Shown: positions 12,042 through 24,639 of the stretch, piece by piece
Position numbering within the stretch: the stretch's first letter is position 1
Layout of the letters: each line of letters opens with the position of its first letter
Source: Octopus vulgaris
Taxonomy: Eukaryota
Reading direction: 5' to 3'
Assembly (NCBI GenBank): GCA_951406725.2
Contig: OX597818.1
Span: 106,268,001 to 106,332,000, forward strand
Length of the DNA stretch: 64,000 nucleotides
The notes under the pieces: generated by a model
Databases searched by the model: none
The model's input: the letters and a program-made list of their open reading frames with translations, nothing else
What the model was told of the DNA's origin: nothing
Program-made: the position numbers and the translations under genes

Positions 12042-12682
12042 GTCCACTGACGAGGTCCAGAGTTTCTCAGTATAGAAGATACTCAGTAGTGCTCAAAAGA
12101 TTCAAGCTTAGATTCTGATGTCTTTACAAGGGATTGAGACCACAAAATAAAGAATGGCTGTAAGAGGGATCAAGTTGAGTAGATATAGAGGCAATTATAT
12201 GAATAAACGAATTAGGTACATTAATTATGTTAATTATATTAAATATAACAGTTCGAATATGAAATACAAAGTATGTATATATGTATACATGCAACGTGTG
12301 AGAAAGCAAAAGGGGGAAATTTTCATAAGATGAATTTCTATGTATAAATCTAGAGATATTTATATTAATAAGTCCAACTTACACAGAGTACAAATGACAG
12401 AGAAAATTAAAAGGGTGGAAGAAAGGTGTTATAAGTCCAACAGCTGTTTTGCAGGGCTCAGAGATCCATAATAATGACGGTAGATGTGATTCATCTCAAT
12501 ATGTGGCTGTAATGGATACAATATAATCAACATTGAATGAGACCTCCATCATCAGGGTCGGGAAGATCTTACATATCAGATCTTAATGCAGAGAAGCTCA
12601 AAGAAGTTCATACTCCCAACTATTGTAGTTGATATATTTAATATAATTAATGTACCTAATTTGTTTATTTGCATAATTACCC
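12042..12682. mobile_element. Penelope-like terminal-repeat relic with inverted repeat and hammerhead-like motifs
   Basis: Inverted repeat 12190-12249 / 12628-12681; minus strand CTGATGA...AAACAGCTGTT at 12436-12558; plus strand CTGACGA at 12047. Confidence 0.45.
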
Positions 12683-12822
12683 CCCTTCTCTTCCCCTCTC
12701 TCATTCCTTTCTGTCGAAGAACATAGGCTCAAAACATAAATGAATCTTCCATTTTTCCTGAGTGTCAAACCTGCTTGTTGTTCCTACACCTGTTTTTGTC
12801 TTGTTTTTCTGTAAATTTAAAG
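12683..12822 (+). mobile_element. Short repeat with hammerhead-like variant (same family as 52198-52385)
   Basis: CCTTTCTGTCGAAGAACATAGGCTCAAAACATAAA aligns to 52258-52293; shared downstream sequence. Confidence 0.55.
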
Positions 12823-12849
12823 TATATATATATATATAACATATATATG

Positions 12850-13030
12850 AGGGGAAGTGTGGTTAAGAAGTTTGCTTCCCAACCACATGATTTTGGGGTT
12901 ACTCCCACTGTGACACCTTGGGGAACTGATTTCTACTTTAGCCCTAGGCCAATCAAAGACTTATATGAGTGGATTTTCTGGATGGAAACTGAAAAAGCCT
13001 GTCATATATATACTTGCATGTCTGTGCATG
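12850..13030 (+). mobile_element. SINE family B, 5' half
   Basis: GTGTGGTTAAGAAGTTTGCTTCCCAACCACATG...GGAAACTGAAA. Confidence 0.7.
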
Positions 13031-13739
13031 TATGTATATATGTGCAACCACAGTTTCTGTCAAATAGTAACTTGAGTCATTGGTAGAAGTCACCAAGTTG
13101 CTGCACTGTGGGCCTGAGCCCAAGATTGTGAAGTGATCTTTACAGTAATGTCTGCACCTCAGCCATGCTATCTCGCATCAATGTAATATTTCTATGACCA
13201 TGAAAGATGAAGTGTGTTAGTCAATATATCTTTGTGGCTTACAAATTCTTTACACTTTTTACAGTTCCAACAAGGTAACAATGTGCTACTAAGTTTCTCC
13301 GAGGATTAGAATGGTTTAGTAGTGTTAACAATATGAGAGGTTTGGGAGAGTGAAGATTAGTAACAGTAGTATTTGGAAAAATTCATCTTAACTTGAAATC
13401 ACTTAATGAAGTAGTGACTCCACAGAAGAAGCTGATAACATTGGCCCATTTGCAGTATTTTCCGGGTTAGCAGATGTGCTTCAGGGAAAAACTATTTAGA
13501 AGTTATTTGACTGCCAAGTAGTTTCTTTACTGGAGAAGATTTGTAGACACCAATTGCATTGTGATGGTTGATTGAACAGAAGTTTTAATAAATATTTATT
13601 AAAACATTTCAGTTGATGGACTTGAACGATTTAATGCAGACTTAATTGCTTTCAGAGCCATTTCTGGTATGCCATTAGTTTTGGAGTATAGGTTGGACTT
13701 TTAATTTTCTTACTGTCAAATCAGTTTAACCATTCCTTT

Positions 13740-13902
13740 AACTGAAAGTTAAAGTTTTTTTCCATGTCTTTGGCTATATATTTCTCCTGCAGCTGTCTTA
13801 CCAGAAATATAGCATCAGTGGTGCTTCTCCCTGGCACAAAACCAAACTGTATCTCATCTAAACTAACTCTCTCCCAAATTAGTTGGGCTATGACCCTCTC
13901 CA
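13740..13902 (-). mobile_element. RTE RT fragment
   Basis: ERVIAQLIWERVSLDEIQFGFVPGRSTTDAIFLVRQLQEKY. Confidence 0.85.
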
Positions 13903-14479
13903 TGAAAGATATCAGATTATTTCTATCTTTCCCAATATGCTCTTAATTATACAATCATTAAAAAGTAAATAAATTAAACTAATTTTAGTAATTATGCCTA
14001 GAATATGAAGATGATGTTATTACATAACTTTATTCAGGTTACATTAATTTCCTATGGCTAGAGGAAATATTTCATAGCTATAAATTAGTTTGTATGGTAG
14101 CTTTTTATGAACCTGCAACCATGAACCTGCAAGGTTAGGAATGTTCAGCTGGAGAGAGATGCCGGTGACAGCCTGTGTGCAAGGATAACCATTCTTTTAC
14201 TTAGCTTGAAATGTCTTTTCAAGAACAGCAAAGCATCAGGAGTCTCCATCGAGAACGACTTAAATCGAAATGACTTAAGCCAAGGTATGCCTGTATAAGT
14301 AAATATATATACATATTATTGGATATTATATAATGAAATGAATGGCTTATGCCTGGTAGCTTACTGGTAAAGCACAGTCACTTTCACAGGGTTCATTATG
14401 TATTTCGTTAATGTGAGACAGAAGAAGGAAGATATGAGAGTTTTTATTAATGCCTATAATTGTTCCTGCACATGATTAA

Positions 14480-16400
14480 CCCGTTTGGTGGAATTTGTCT
14501 GGGCAGAGTGTTGTTCAAACAATGGGATCTGGGAACTTTAACTGCTCCATCAGACTGCCTTTCAGCTGGGGCTGGGAGAAAGTAGGCAAGATGATCGTTG
14601 AAGTTCCAGTGAATTGCATTTCACTCTAGCTGTGAGAAAAGTGATGACCATTTTCATGGGGAGGTATTTACTAGACAAAATACCCAAAGTATCTAGTTTT
14701 GCTGCCAGTGGTAGTAATCATTGGCTAGGCTCTGGGGCAGTTGCTAAGGAGAAGATGCTGAAGGGACCCTCTTTCAGTACACAAGAGTTAGGATGGTGTT
14801 TCACTCATGCCCCGTATGTGAAAATTTGTTGAACTTGATGAAGTGTTGTAGACAGCTTAGATCAGAAATATGTCAACTCCCCTCCCCGAGCCCTGGCCAA
14901 GTAATGTTCCACTATTGTGTATTAGTCCACCTTGTCCAGTCTTCTTAGCTGAATACCATCATCTTGCTAGCCCTTGTTTCTTCAATGCTTGAGTGAACTT
15001 CTTGGAGTATGTTTTCACTCTTTTCCTTTGGCACTTTCAATCCAGCAAATTGGGAGGCAACCTGAGCCTGATTGCCCTTATGCCACCATTCCAACTAGAG
15101 CCTCTGTCTCAACCATTCCTCTGCTACATGGAAATTGTGAGATTGGCTCATACAGAATGGTGCTGCTTAAGCTTCTTAGTAAGCTAAGACATCTCAAAAG
15201 ACTTAATTTTCCCTCCAAGGTTTCCACACTGACATCGTATAACAAAATAGGTAACAAAAATTCTGGACAGGGTGGCATGAAGGTACATTCAAGCTTTGAA
15301 GTGACAGGGCAGTCAAGATTTGTTGACCTTAATAAGCCAGTTCTCAACTTTTCTGCTGGTTTTGTGAATGGAAATTGTGTCATTTAGCTCTTGATTGGTT
15401 GTTCTGTCATGGTTAGAATGGCAGTGCCCAGACAAGCTGAAGCAAAGCTGTTCCACCATGCTTTCTTTTCTTAGCACAAAAGACCTCAATTTTGATGATT
15501 TGAAGCTCGTCCCTGCCCATAAAATAAGCTACTCAAGTCCTTGAAAGATCCTCCTGCCACCAGTGGCTGTTGATGTTGTTATTACAGTCAGGTCATCCAT
15601 GAAAGCTCTTATGGGTGTGGATGTTGTATGACAGATTTCGACTGAGTCCTTCACGCTCCACTCCTGCTGACTTGACCACCATGTTCATGGTGAGGGTGAA
15701 AATGATTACTGGGGTGGTGCAGCCAGTTATAACACCCTTCCTCAACCTGTGCTACGTGGATGCTGTAGATCCAGAGGTGACTCTCCTTTGCAAGACACAA
15801 TAACAAACCAGAATAAGGTTGGGGATCTTCCTGGAGATGTGGTGTCATTGAATAACTTCTTATTCCAGCTTGTGTAGCTATATGCTTTTTGTTCTTTCTC
15901 TTTATTTGTTTCCTGTGCTCTTCTCTCCAAAGAATGATAAACATCTTGAGGATATCTTACAGCTTAGCAAGTGGTTGATGTTCTTCATGAGCTCCCTTCT
16001 TCTCTTTGACTGCTCTCAATTCCTGCCAAAGATGTCGTATCCTGGTGGCTCTGCAGTTTTTGTTGTAGAATTTCTTGCTACCTCCTCTTCCCGGGCAGGG
16101 CTTTTTGTCTTTGCCTATTTCTGTGCAACTGAATCTGACAAATACATAGCTAACACTGATTGTTGTTTGTGCTCTCTGTCCACTCTCAGTGTAACTCTTA
16201 AGTGTTGATCGTAGGATTTCGCACACAACTTCCACAAACTGCTGCTACTTACACTTGTTTGCCAGAGGCCATTCGATATGCTGAACAATTGCATGGAGTC
16301 TCGGGTACAGGTACATGGAGGGATTCAGCACTGTTGGGTGAGTCCTGGCTGGATTCCTCCTTCATCTCACTAGGGTCTGCTCCTGTGTGTTGCACCTGAT
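14480..16400 (-). mobile_element. HERO-clade (RLE) non-LTR retrotransposon, internally deleted and decayed
   Basis: PIRAFMDDLTV, GVITGCT..MNMVVKSA, VETLEGKLS..LRSLSS..LY, zinc-knuckle region near 14740-14800, N-terminal RATRIRHLWQELR; motifs recognised as HERO-like. Confidence 0.75.
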
Positions 16401-16739
16401 GGTATTTTTTGTTCTTTTTTAGATCATACAGGTTTTTACAACCTCCTCATCAGATGCACACTGTTTTCTTTATCTTTTTATCATTTGAATGTGTTGAAAT
16501 TCGTAAGTTCTTTCTGTTGGAGATCTCATTCTCCCTACCTGTTGGCATACATACAATATGCATACATACACATATGTGTATTTACATGTTTGCCTTTTAT
16601 TCTTTGAAATATCTACTGCTTGAATATAATTTTGAAATACATGGAAGTTATGAAGAAAACATCATTTAAAAAAAAATCTTGTGAGCAAGATATGGTTCTC
16701 TGTCTCTCTGTCTCTCTCTCTCTCTATATATATATAACT

Positions 16740-17850
16740 TACTGGAAACTACAGACCAAATCTGTCACTGGTGTAAAGTTCCAACCAGACCTAGGGTGAC
16801 ATGGTGGTGGAACAATGTAGTTGACAGGGCCATTAAAGCAAAGAAACAGGCCTGGAAGAACTGGAAGGGTGGCAGTAGCAAAAGACTACATTAGATAGCT
16901 AGAAGGGAAGCTAGGAAGTAGGAATACTTAGGAAGCAGAAAGGTAGAAGTTTGCCAATGTTCTGTGGCATGAGGACTTGTGGCTCGAGGTGTTTTGGTTT
17001 TCAAGACAGTCATCATCATCATCGTTGTTAAACGTCTGCTTTCCATGCTGGCATGGGTTGGACAGTTTGACTGAAGACTGGCAAGCCAGAAGGCTGCACC
17101 AGGCTCCGATCTGATCTGGCAGTGTTTCTACAGCTGGATGCCCTTCCTAACACCAACCACTCCGTGAGTGTAGTGGTGCTTTTACGTGCCGCTGGCATGA
17201 GAACCAGTCAGGCGGTACTTGCAACATTCACGCTCAAAAGGTATTTTTTACATGCCATCTGCATGGGATCCAGTCCAGCGGCACTGGCAACGAACATGCT
17301 CAGATGTTGTTTTCCACATGCCACAGGCACATGTACCAGTAAGGCAACATTGTAAGAGAGAAGTGAGTTTGCATGGATGATAGTTCACTTGCAGTCAGTG
17401 AATCTGCAAAGAAAGAGGCTTGAAAGTGCCGCTATGAAAGACTGCTAAATGTAAGGAACACATGGGAGAAGGAGAGTCTGCCTAATGTGTACCCAACAGA
17501 AGGACCAGCTATCCAAATAGACAGTAATTTGGTACGTAAAGTTATATGTAGGATATGAAGACAGGAAAAGCCCCTTGCCTCTCAGAAATCACTGCTGAGA
17601 TGCTTAAAATATCTAACAGAGTAGGATATGGTCTAGTCGCTCTTATAGTTGATCAGGTTGTCCATGAGGTAGTCATACCCAATGACTGGTATAGGAGCAT
17701 TAATAATCAACTGCTACAAAGGTAAATGTGATGTCCTTGTCAGAAATAATTACAGAGGTATCCAGTTGTTGGACAAGGTGTTAAAAGTTACAGAAAGGGT
17801 TATAGCTTTATTTAATTAGGAAGAGAGTTAGTCTAAATGAGATGCAGGAC
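16740..17850 (+). mobile_element. RTE LINE fragment (linker to RT start)
   Basis: RPRVTWWWNNVVDRAIKAKKQAWK, MKTGKAP, NCYKGK, NYRGIQLL. Confidence 0.85.
17010..17355 (-). mobile_element. RTE 3' end nested in opposite orientation inside an older RTE
   Basis: (CAT)n tail at 17011, conserved 3' end and 3 UTR repeat units. Confidence 0.85.
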
Positions 17851-17869
17851 TGTCTGCAGCTAAAAAATA

Positions 17870-18310
17870 ACCTGTAAAATTATGCAAAGATTGTCATTGT
17901 GATATTCCCTACTTACAAGAAAACCACTGTAAATCAAAACCTTTTGTTCTTATGTGCAAGGTATACCCACTCTCATAGGAAGAGCACATGAGACATATGG
18001 GAACATCATTAAAAAAAAAACAAAAAAACAGAACAACCACTTGATTGACATCAAAAAGCAAGAAAAGCAATATTGAAGCCCCAGCTGTTGTGCTCCATCA
18101 CCTCAGTGCACAATCTGTTTCCCACACCCCTAAAAATGCCTAAAATATCATCTAGAAAAGCAAAGATCATGATTGGAAATTTCAATAGCCACAATATGTA
18201 GTAGAGACACAAGGACGACAACCAGCACAGAGGGAAATGCAGTTGAAGTAGGGGCTGAAAGCAACAAGATTAATTTGATCCACAATACTAAACAACCAAA
18301 GTCGTTCTAC
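17870..18310 (+). mobile_element. LINE apurinic-endonuclease fragment (I/Ingi-like)
   Basis: KIMIGNFNSHN...GNAVEVGAESNKINLIHNTKQPKSF (GDFN motif). Confidence 0.5.
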
Positions 18311-18469
18311 AGGAGATAATTACAGCCAAAGTACATGGCTTCATTAATTCTCACTAGCTATTCATCTATTCCTAGCTTCTGCCATAACCACCAGATCAGG
18401 GATTGAAGGTACCTGTCAAAGGCTTTCACCTGGTCCCCAGATGCCTAATAGAGCAATTTAGATTTAGAG

Positions 18470-18720
18470 AGATATTGTGATGCTTGCAAATGTTGTCGGT
18501 GTTTGAAGTTTGAAGAGGATGACATGGCTGAGTTGCTAGTGTTTCATTGAGATAGATTATTTAATGAGGAGCTGATGCTGTTTAAAGAAGAAGATGAGAA
18601 TACAGAAATTCCACCGAGTTCACACACTGAGCTGTACAAAGAGATGATGCATCATAAGCACCAAACAAGTCTGGATAAGTCCTTTGTTCCCTCAAGTAGA
18701 TATTGATTACGATGAACTAT
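18470..18720 (+). mobile_element. Tigger/pogo-like transposase C-terminal relic
   Basis: IVMLANVVG..EEDDMAELLVFH*DRLFNEELML. Confidence 0.4.
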
Positions 18721-19793
18721 AAGACAAAAGACAGAGTTCCTCATCCTTCGAGTAACTTGCATTTCATCACCTCCACTTTCTCTGAAACAGTAATTAACAT
18801 CTTCTGTGGTAAAAACATACCCTACTATCAAATTATGATTCTTATTTATTCCCTAAAATGTTTCTCTCCTGATGTTTTCATGTATGGATATTGTATTGTG
18901 TATATTTATTTAGAAATTATTTCTATGCATAAAAATGACTGTGCAGCTTGTTTGTTTTCCTTTTTTTTTGTTGAAAAACATGTTATAACCCATTATAACA
19001 AAATGATTTTCCTATTTCAGGACTTTTGAGTTATGGCAATTTTTTCTTCCATAACATGATGGATTTTTGTATTCTAATCCTAGTATGCAACATGATCAGG
19101 TAACAGGAACACCAGAAGAAGGGAACACAAACAACTGCAAGTATTTCACAACTTTTTCTTAGTTAAGGTAATTTGTTTAAATGTTTTCTTCTTCATAGGA
19201 GTGGGACATATTATAAGAGATCAATATTATCTCTTTCCTTCGTTCACCCCTCTATTTCATTGTTTTACCTCTTTTGCTTCCTCACCCCCACTTATCTATT
19301 CTCCTTTATTTTCTTTTCTCCAGGTTTTGCCTTAAGAAGGAGAGCTTTTTGCTTTTTTGTCCTTGACCATTAGGGAATGAAAAATTTTGAATCTTCAGCT
19401 TAAAATACGATATCAAATAAGTAAAAATATATTAGTTTCATATTGGAGAGATTTTATTATGGATGTTAGTTACACATGTGGGATTAATATTTAAAATATA
19501 ACAATCCGATGGCGAATTTTTTAAAAATGAGGTTAGAGTTGTGTACTAAAATTCCGATGGTCACACTAAAGCATTTGCACAGAGAATAAAACCATAAAAC
19601 TGCATCTTGTGTTTGTTTAAAGAGCTGAAACAAGTTTGAAATGTTTGTTTAAGTACAGGAGTTTAGGTCATATCTAAACTGATATAGCAGGAGAAGTAAG
19701 TGAAAATAATGGGATTCAAAGCAATAGCAGCTGAATAGGAGGAGACCTTGTATGGTTATCTGAAAACAATTGATTGAAATAGGAAACACTTAC

Positions 19794-19880
19794 TTCGACA
19801 TATACTATTTTTTCTTTGATACTGATGTTTTTCTGCTTCTTGTGCTGTGCGTGGTGGTGTGTACCATCTTCCATATCTCA
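19794..19880 (-). CDS. Host gene exon (x-RYGRWYTPPRTAQEAEKHQYQRKNSICR-T)
   Basis: ttttttttcag| acceptor, GAA|gtaagt donor, 87 bp, phase 1 to 1; splices in frame to 9398-9495. Confidence 0.8.
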
Positions 19881-20445
19881 CTGAAAAAAAATTTGGAAAA
19901 TATAAACGGTATGGATTATTTCTGTATTTGACTCAAATTAATTGAAAAAGGCAAATATTATAAGTTTTAAAGGTAATAACAAGTCAGAAATACTTTTAAG
20001 CTTCAGTGATTAAAAAATAAAGCATTTTAATGCAGAATAGATAAAAAAAATAATGGTGGTGCTCTAGTGTGGCCAAAACTTATTGATTGAAATGAGTAAA
20101 GGAATAAAGAAGAAAAACCACTTACAACAAAGGCTTAATAGACTTTATAAGCATAAAATGGATTTTAGCTAGACTCTAATTTAATATCAATTTTATACTT
20201 ATACTTTACAAATATAATTTTAGTTAGAATAACTGCGTTATACAATATTTACACCAGCAGTTTACATTCCATATGAATAAAATCAAATTTGTCATTCTTC
20301 CCCAAAAGATTTTGATGCAATTTCTACATGTAGATTCAAATAATTTCTTGGGTTTTAATACTGCAACATGTAATGGCCACTTCATTTTTCTTTTTGTCAT
20401 TTTTAAAAATAGTTTTTGTGTCTTTGTAAATTTTAAAGTCAATTG

Positions 20446-20448
<3 letters not shown>

Positions 20449-20476
<28 letters not shown>

Positions 20477-21010
20477 TGTTTAATGCCTGCTTTCCATGCT
20501 GGTATGGGTTGGATGGTTTGACATGGAGCTGTCCAGACTACAATTGTCTGCTGTGGCATGGTTTCTATGGTTGGATGCCCCTCCTAATGCCAACCCCTTA
20601 GCAGATGTGTGCTGGGTGCTTTACGCAGCACCGGCACCTAATGTGATGGGTCTGTATGTATGGAAGACAGCAATTCTACTTAGCTTGAGATGTCTTATCA
20701 AGTACATCAAATTGCCACATCTGCCTATCCCTTGTGATTTTCTCAGTGAGGCCCAGTGTCCCAAGATCCTTTCTCACCACTTTGTCCCATGTCTTCCTAG
20801 GTCTACCCCTTCCACAAGTATTCTTCACAATTAGAGCTTGACACTTCTTTATGCAGCTGTTCTCCTTTGTATGCAACACATAGCCAAACCAACACAGTCT
20901 TCTCTCTTGCAAACAACATCTGATGCCTCTTCTACCTAGTTTTCCTCTTAATTCATTTACACTCTGTTGTGCATGCACATTGACGTTACCCATCCAGCAG
21001 AATACACTAG
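20449..21010 (-). mobile_element. RTE 3' fragment with (GAT)n tail
   Basis: LQERRLCWFGYV..GRGRPRKTW; (CAT)9 at about 20450-20476. Confidence 0.9.
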
Positions 21011-21714
21011 CTTGAAATGTTAGTCCTAATTTGAAGAGCTGTCTGCATAAGTCTTTTGTTGAAAGAAATGTTTCTTATTTAGACTACAAACCAACGAATA
21101 CATCAATAACATTATAATCATCATCACAAACAATGGTTTATCATTAACCAAAATATATTACACTATTGAATATCCAGTCTGACATACATTTCTCCCATTA
21201 TTGTTTATAATGTTGGAAGTTAATATTTTAGTATTGACTTGTTTAAAAATAGATTTAATGTTTCCCTTTATTTAAAGAAAGGAGAGGGGTTACATTTAAA
21301 CTGATAGTTAGGAACTAAACACCAGTTAATATTGTAATTGGAAAATCATAATTTAAACCAAAAGATACCTGCTGATGATATTAACAACTTATCAACCTAG
21401 GGCCAACTTATCCAGACACATATAAGATAAATCTTGAGTTTAAACAAAACATTTGTCTGCATTTTACAGCTTACACAAGCAGAGGCATTCAATGGTAATA
21501 TCAGTTTTATGGGGTGGTGTGTGAAGAACATATGACTGGGTCAGAGAAGGAAGATTTAAGGAGTGACAGTAATAAGGAGACAATGTGCAATAAGGAGATA
21601 AATTGTATCATTTACTGCAACTGGGTGAGTGGTGCTGTAGTTAGAATGATGGACGGATCAGTGTTTGAAGATTTTGCGGGGTAAAGGTTTGATAGAACTG
21701 AATTTTTGCTGATA

Positions 21715-23150
21715 CAGTCAGGTCTTCTCAAGGACTGCATATATCTTGCACCTTTATCTTCTTCATGGTCCTCAATGTCTTGAGGTCAGCCTTCACCACT
21801 TCACCCCACATCTTCTGGGGTGGGGGTCTTCCTCTTCCGATGGATCTGTTCATGCTTAGTGATCAATATTTCCTTATGTTGCTCTTCTCATCCATTCACA
21901 TCATATGATCATACCACTCTTCTTTCTTGTACATACATTTCATGTCTCTTTTGTCCAGTTTTTCTCCCAACACATTTCTTTGTCATACATGTACATTGAC
22001 TTTGCCCATCCACTGGAACAAGCTAGCTTCATTTTTTTTAGTCCTTGCATGTCTTATACATTCAAAGCCTACATTTCACTACCATGTAACACTTCTTTGC
22101 ATACACAAGCATCATATATTCTGCCTTTTACTTTGAAAGAGGGTAACCTTTTGTTAGCAACAAAGGTAATAACTCTCTGAACTTTTTCCAGAAAGTTCTT
22201 ATTCTAGCAACTACATTTTCAGAACATCCTCCTCCACTGCTAATTAGAACATGTAAGTAATAGAAGCTATCCATAACTTCTAAGGATCCTCTAGGGCATT
22301 TAAGGAAATCTGTTTCTTGTGTGTTCTTAGAGTTCATTGTTCCTGCACACCTGTCACACACAGACAACTTTCTCTGTTAATCTGCCAGTGATTCCACTGC
22401 ACCTCTATGTATTCATAATTTGCATTAAGTACACTATATGTAATTTCTACCAACACCTCTTCTTCACATTGAACAGGGCCATTTGTCTAGAGAGCTTAGT
22501 GCACTGTCAGCTTTCTTGGTTATTAGAACTTTTTTCAAAGTTAACTTTAAAACCCTTTGATTCTGGGCTTTTCTTCCATACCTAGAATTTTATTTCTAAT
22601 TCTGCTAAAGTTTTGATTATAAGTACAAGGTCATCAACAAAGAGGAACTTCCACAGGGAACCAATCTTAAACTCCTTTGTTATGACTGGAATAACTTTGA
22701 TAAATAGAAAGGGACTGATAACTGATCCCTGGTAAAGTCCTATATGCACACCAAATTTAATGATGCACTTAATACTAACTCTCACCTTACTGGGAGTACC
22801 TTGTACATGGATCTCACCAGCCATTCATTTACTTTTAGCTTCTATAACAACTACCAGATCAAAGAGTGAGGGACTCTGTTAAAGGCTTTCTCCAGGTTAC
22901 TGAATGCTGAGTATAGCAGTTTAGCTTAGAATAAATACTTCTCCTGCATCTGCCTTACTAGAAAGAGTGCATCAGTAGTACTTCTCCCAGGTGCAAAACT
23001 AAACTAAATCTAATCTAGCAATAACTCTTTCTGTAACTTTTATGACCTGGTCTAGCAAGTTGGTATCTTTGTGGATTACTTCTCTATAGTGCATCTAATG
23101 CAACTAACTACTTGTAACATCTGACTATGAGCTGTGCTACTAGTTGATGG
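21715..23150 (-). mobile_element. RTE LINE, old RT copy
   Basis: GLYQGSVISPFLF, LFVDDLVLI, VCDRC, SGGGCSENVVARIR. Confidence 0.85.
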
Positions 23151-23409
23151 GGATCATGCACTGTGGACTAGTAATGAGAAATTATAGGATAAAATCTTGA
23201 AACCAAATAATCTGGAGAAAAAAGGTATGACAGACAGATTTGGTGTGCAAGGGTGAGATGGTAACTCAAGAAAATTACTGTACAGAGGTCTTGTGAGTCA
23301 CGTTTTGTAGTCAGTGATTGAAAAGATGAACAGTACAACCTGTACTATGAACCCTGACTGGTTGGGATTGATTGCTCATCCACACTGAAAGTTGACTGAT
23401 TGATTACTG

Positions 23410-24575
23410 GGAAGTATCATACCTAATGACTGGTGTTGTAGTACCATTATCACCTGCTACATGGTAAAGGAAATGCTCTGGGACAAAGGAATGAAGTTGT
23501 TGGATCACAATACGAAAGTAACAGAAAGTGTTATAATACAAGAGAATTAGCTTAAATAAGATGCAGTTCAGGCTTATACTAGAACAGGATACTATTGAAA
23601 CCCTCTTTCAAAGAGATAACTTACAGGAGTTCTTAGCTAAGATTAAGGCAGGCACTATATCTAGTGTTTGTCGGTCTGGAAGATGACTTTGACAGAGTAC
23701 CACATTCTGTAGTCTTATGATTGCTAAGAAAAGTAGGTACTCATGACTAAGCAGTGCAAGCTGTGTACAAGTACCACCAGTAAGTTGAGCATTAGCAATG
23801 TTCTCTCAAATAACCAGAGAAGATATTTCAAGCATGGAAATAATAGAAAGACCTCAAAATAAACCTAACAAAGTTTCAGTTTTCATGAAAGAAACCAAGA
23901 GTCTGGATTCTACTGGTATTAGAGAGGTCACAATGTCCTTTACACCAAAGAGTGGGGGGTAGGAACTTGTAATATATATGTAATGTACCCTGTAGGTTCA
24001 AATGATGCAGTGGGATTACAAGTGGGCTGACAGAAGAAATAATTTGTATTTTGGAGATACACAAGATAGACATGATATTTTTGTTCAAATTCTTGGAATA
24101 TTCTCCGTCAGTAGTTGATATGTTTCTAAGGTAACCTATTGATAGTGATAGTGAGCATTCTGAAAACATAAAATCCAATGTAAGGAGCTATTACCTCTGC
24201 TGGCAATAAGAGGTTTCTTTCTCTGAACAAAGGGTTGTAGGATATTTGTTTACAAAGTGTGATGTATTATCTGCTAATCAATTGTAATATGCAAGAGAGA
24301 CTACTGTGCTAATACAGACATGTGATGTGTATGGATGTTGGTAGCTGGGTAAAGAAGTATCAAGCTTAGGGCAAGGAACATGTAAAAAAAGAAAGACTAA
24401 GAAGAACATGGGTAGAAGTGATAAAGGCTGATCTCTGGAAGCCGAAGCAGATAAAACAAAAGGTCAAAGGTTAGCAAGTTGTGAGATACTGTATAGGTGA
24501 CAATCCACTCAATCCATGCCAGCATAGAAAAACTGATGTAAAAATGGAGTTGTTGTCATTCTTGATGATGATGAT
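23410..24575 (+). mobile_element. RTE LINE, highly decayed
   Basis: IPNDWC, MKLLDH, DFDRV, remnants of the PHD segment, and CCATGCCAGCAT...GATGATG tail. Confidence 0.65.
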
Positions 24576-24639
24576 GGTGGTGGAACATCAGAGTATATTC
24601 AACAACTATTTATAATTATTACCTGAATATAATAAAAAT

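Noticed and set aside
19000-19230. Plus-strand splice-site-like signals suggesting an antisense transcript
   Set aside because: No coherent open frame or exon chain; such signals are common by chance in AT-rich DNA.
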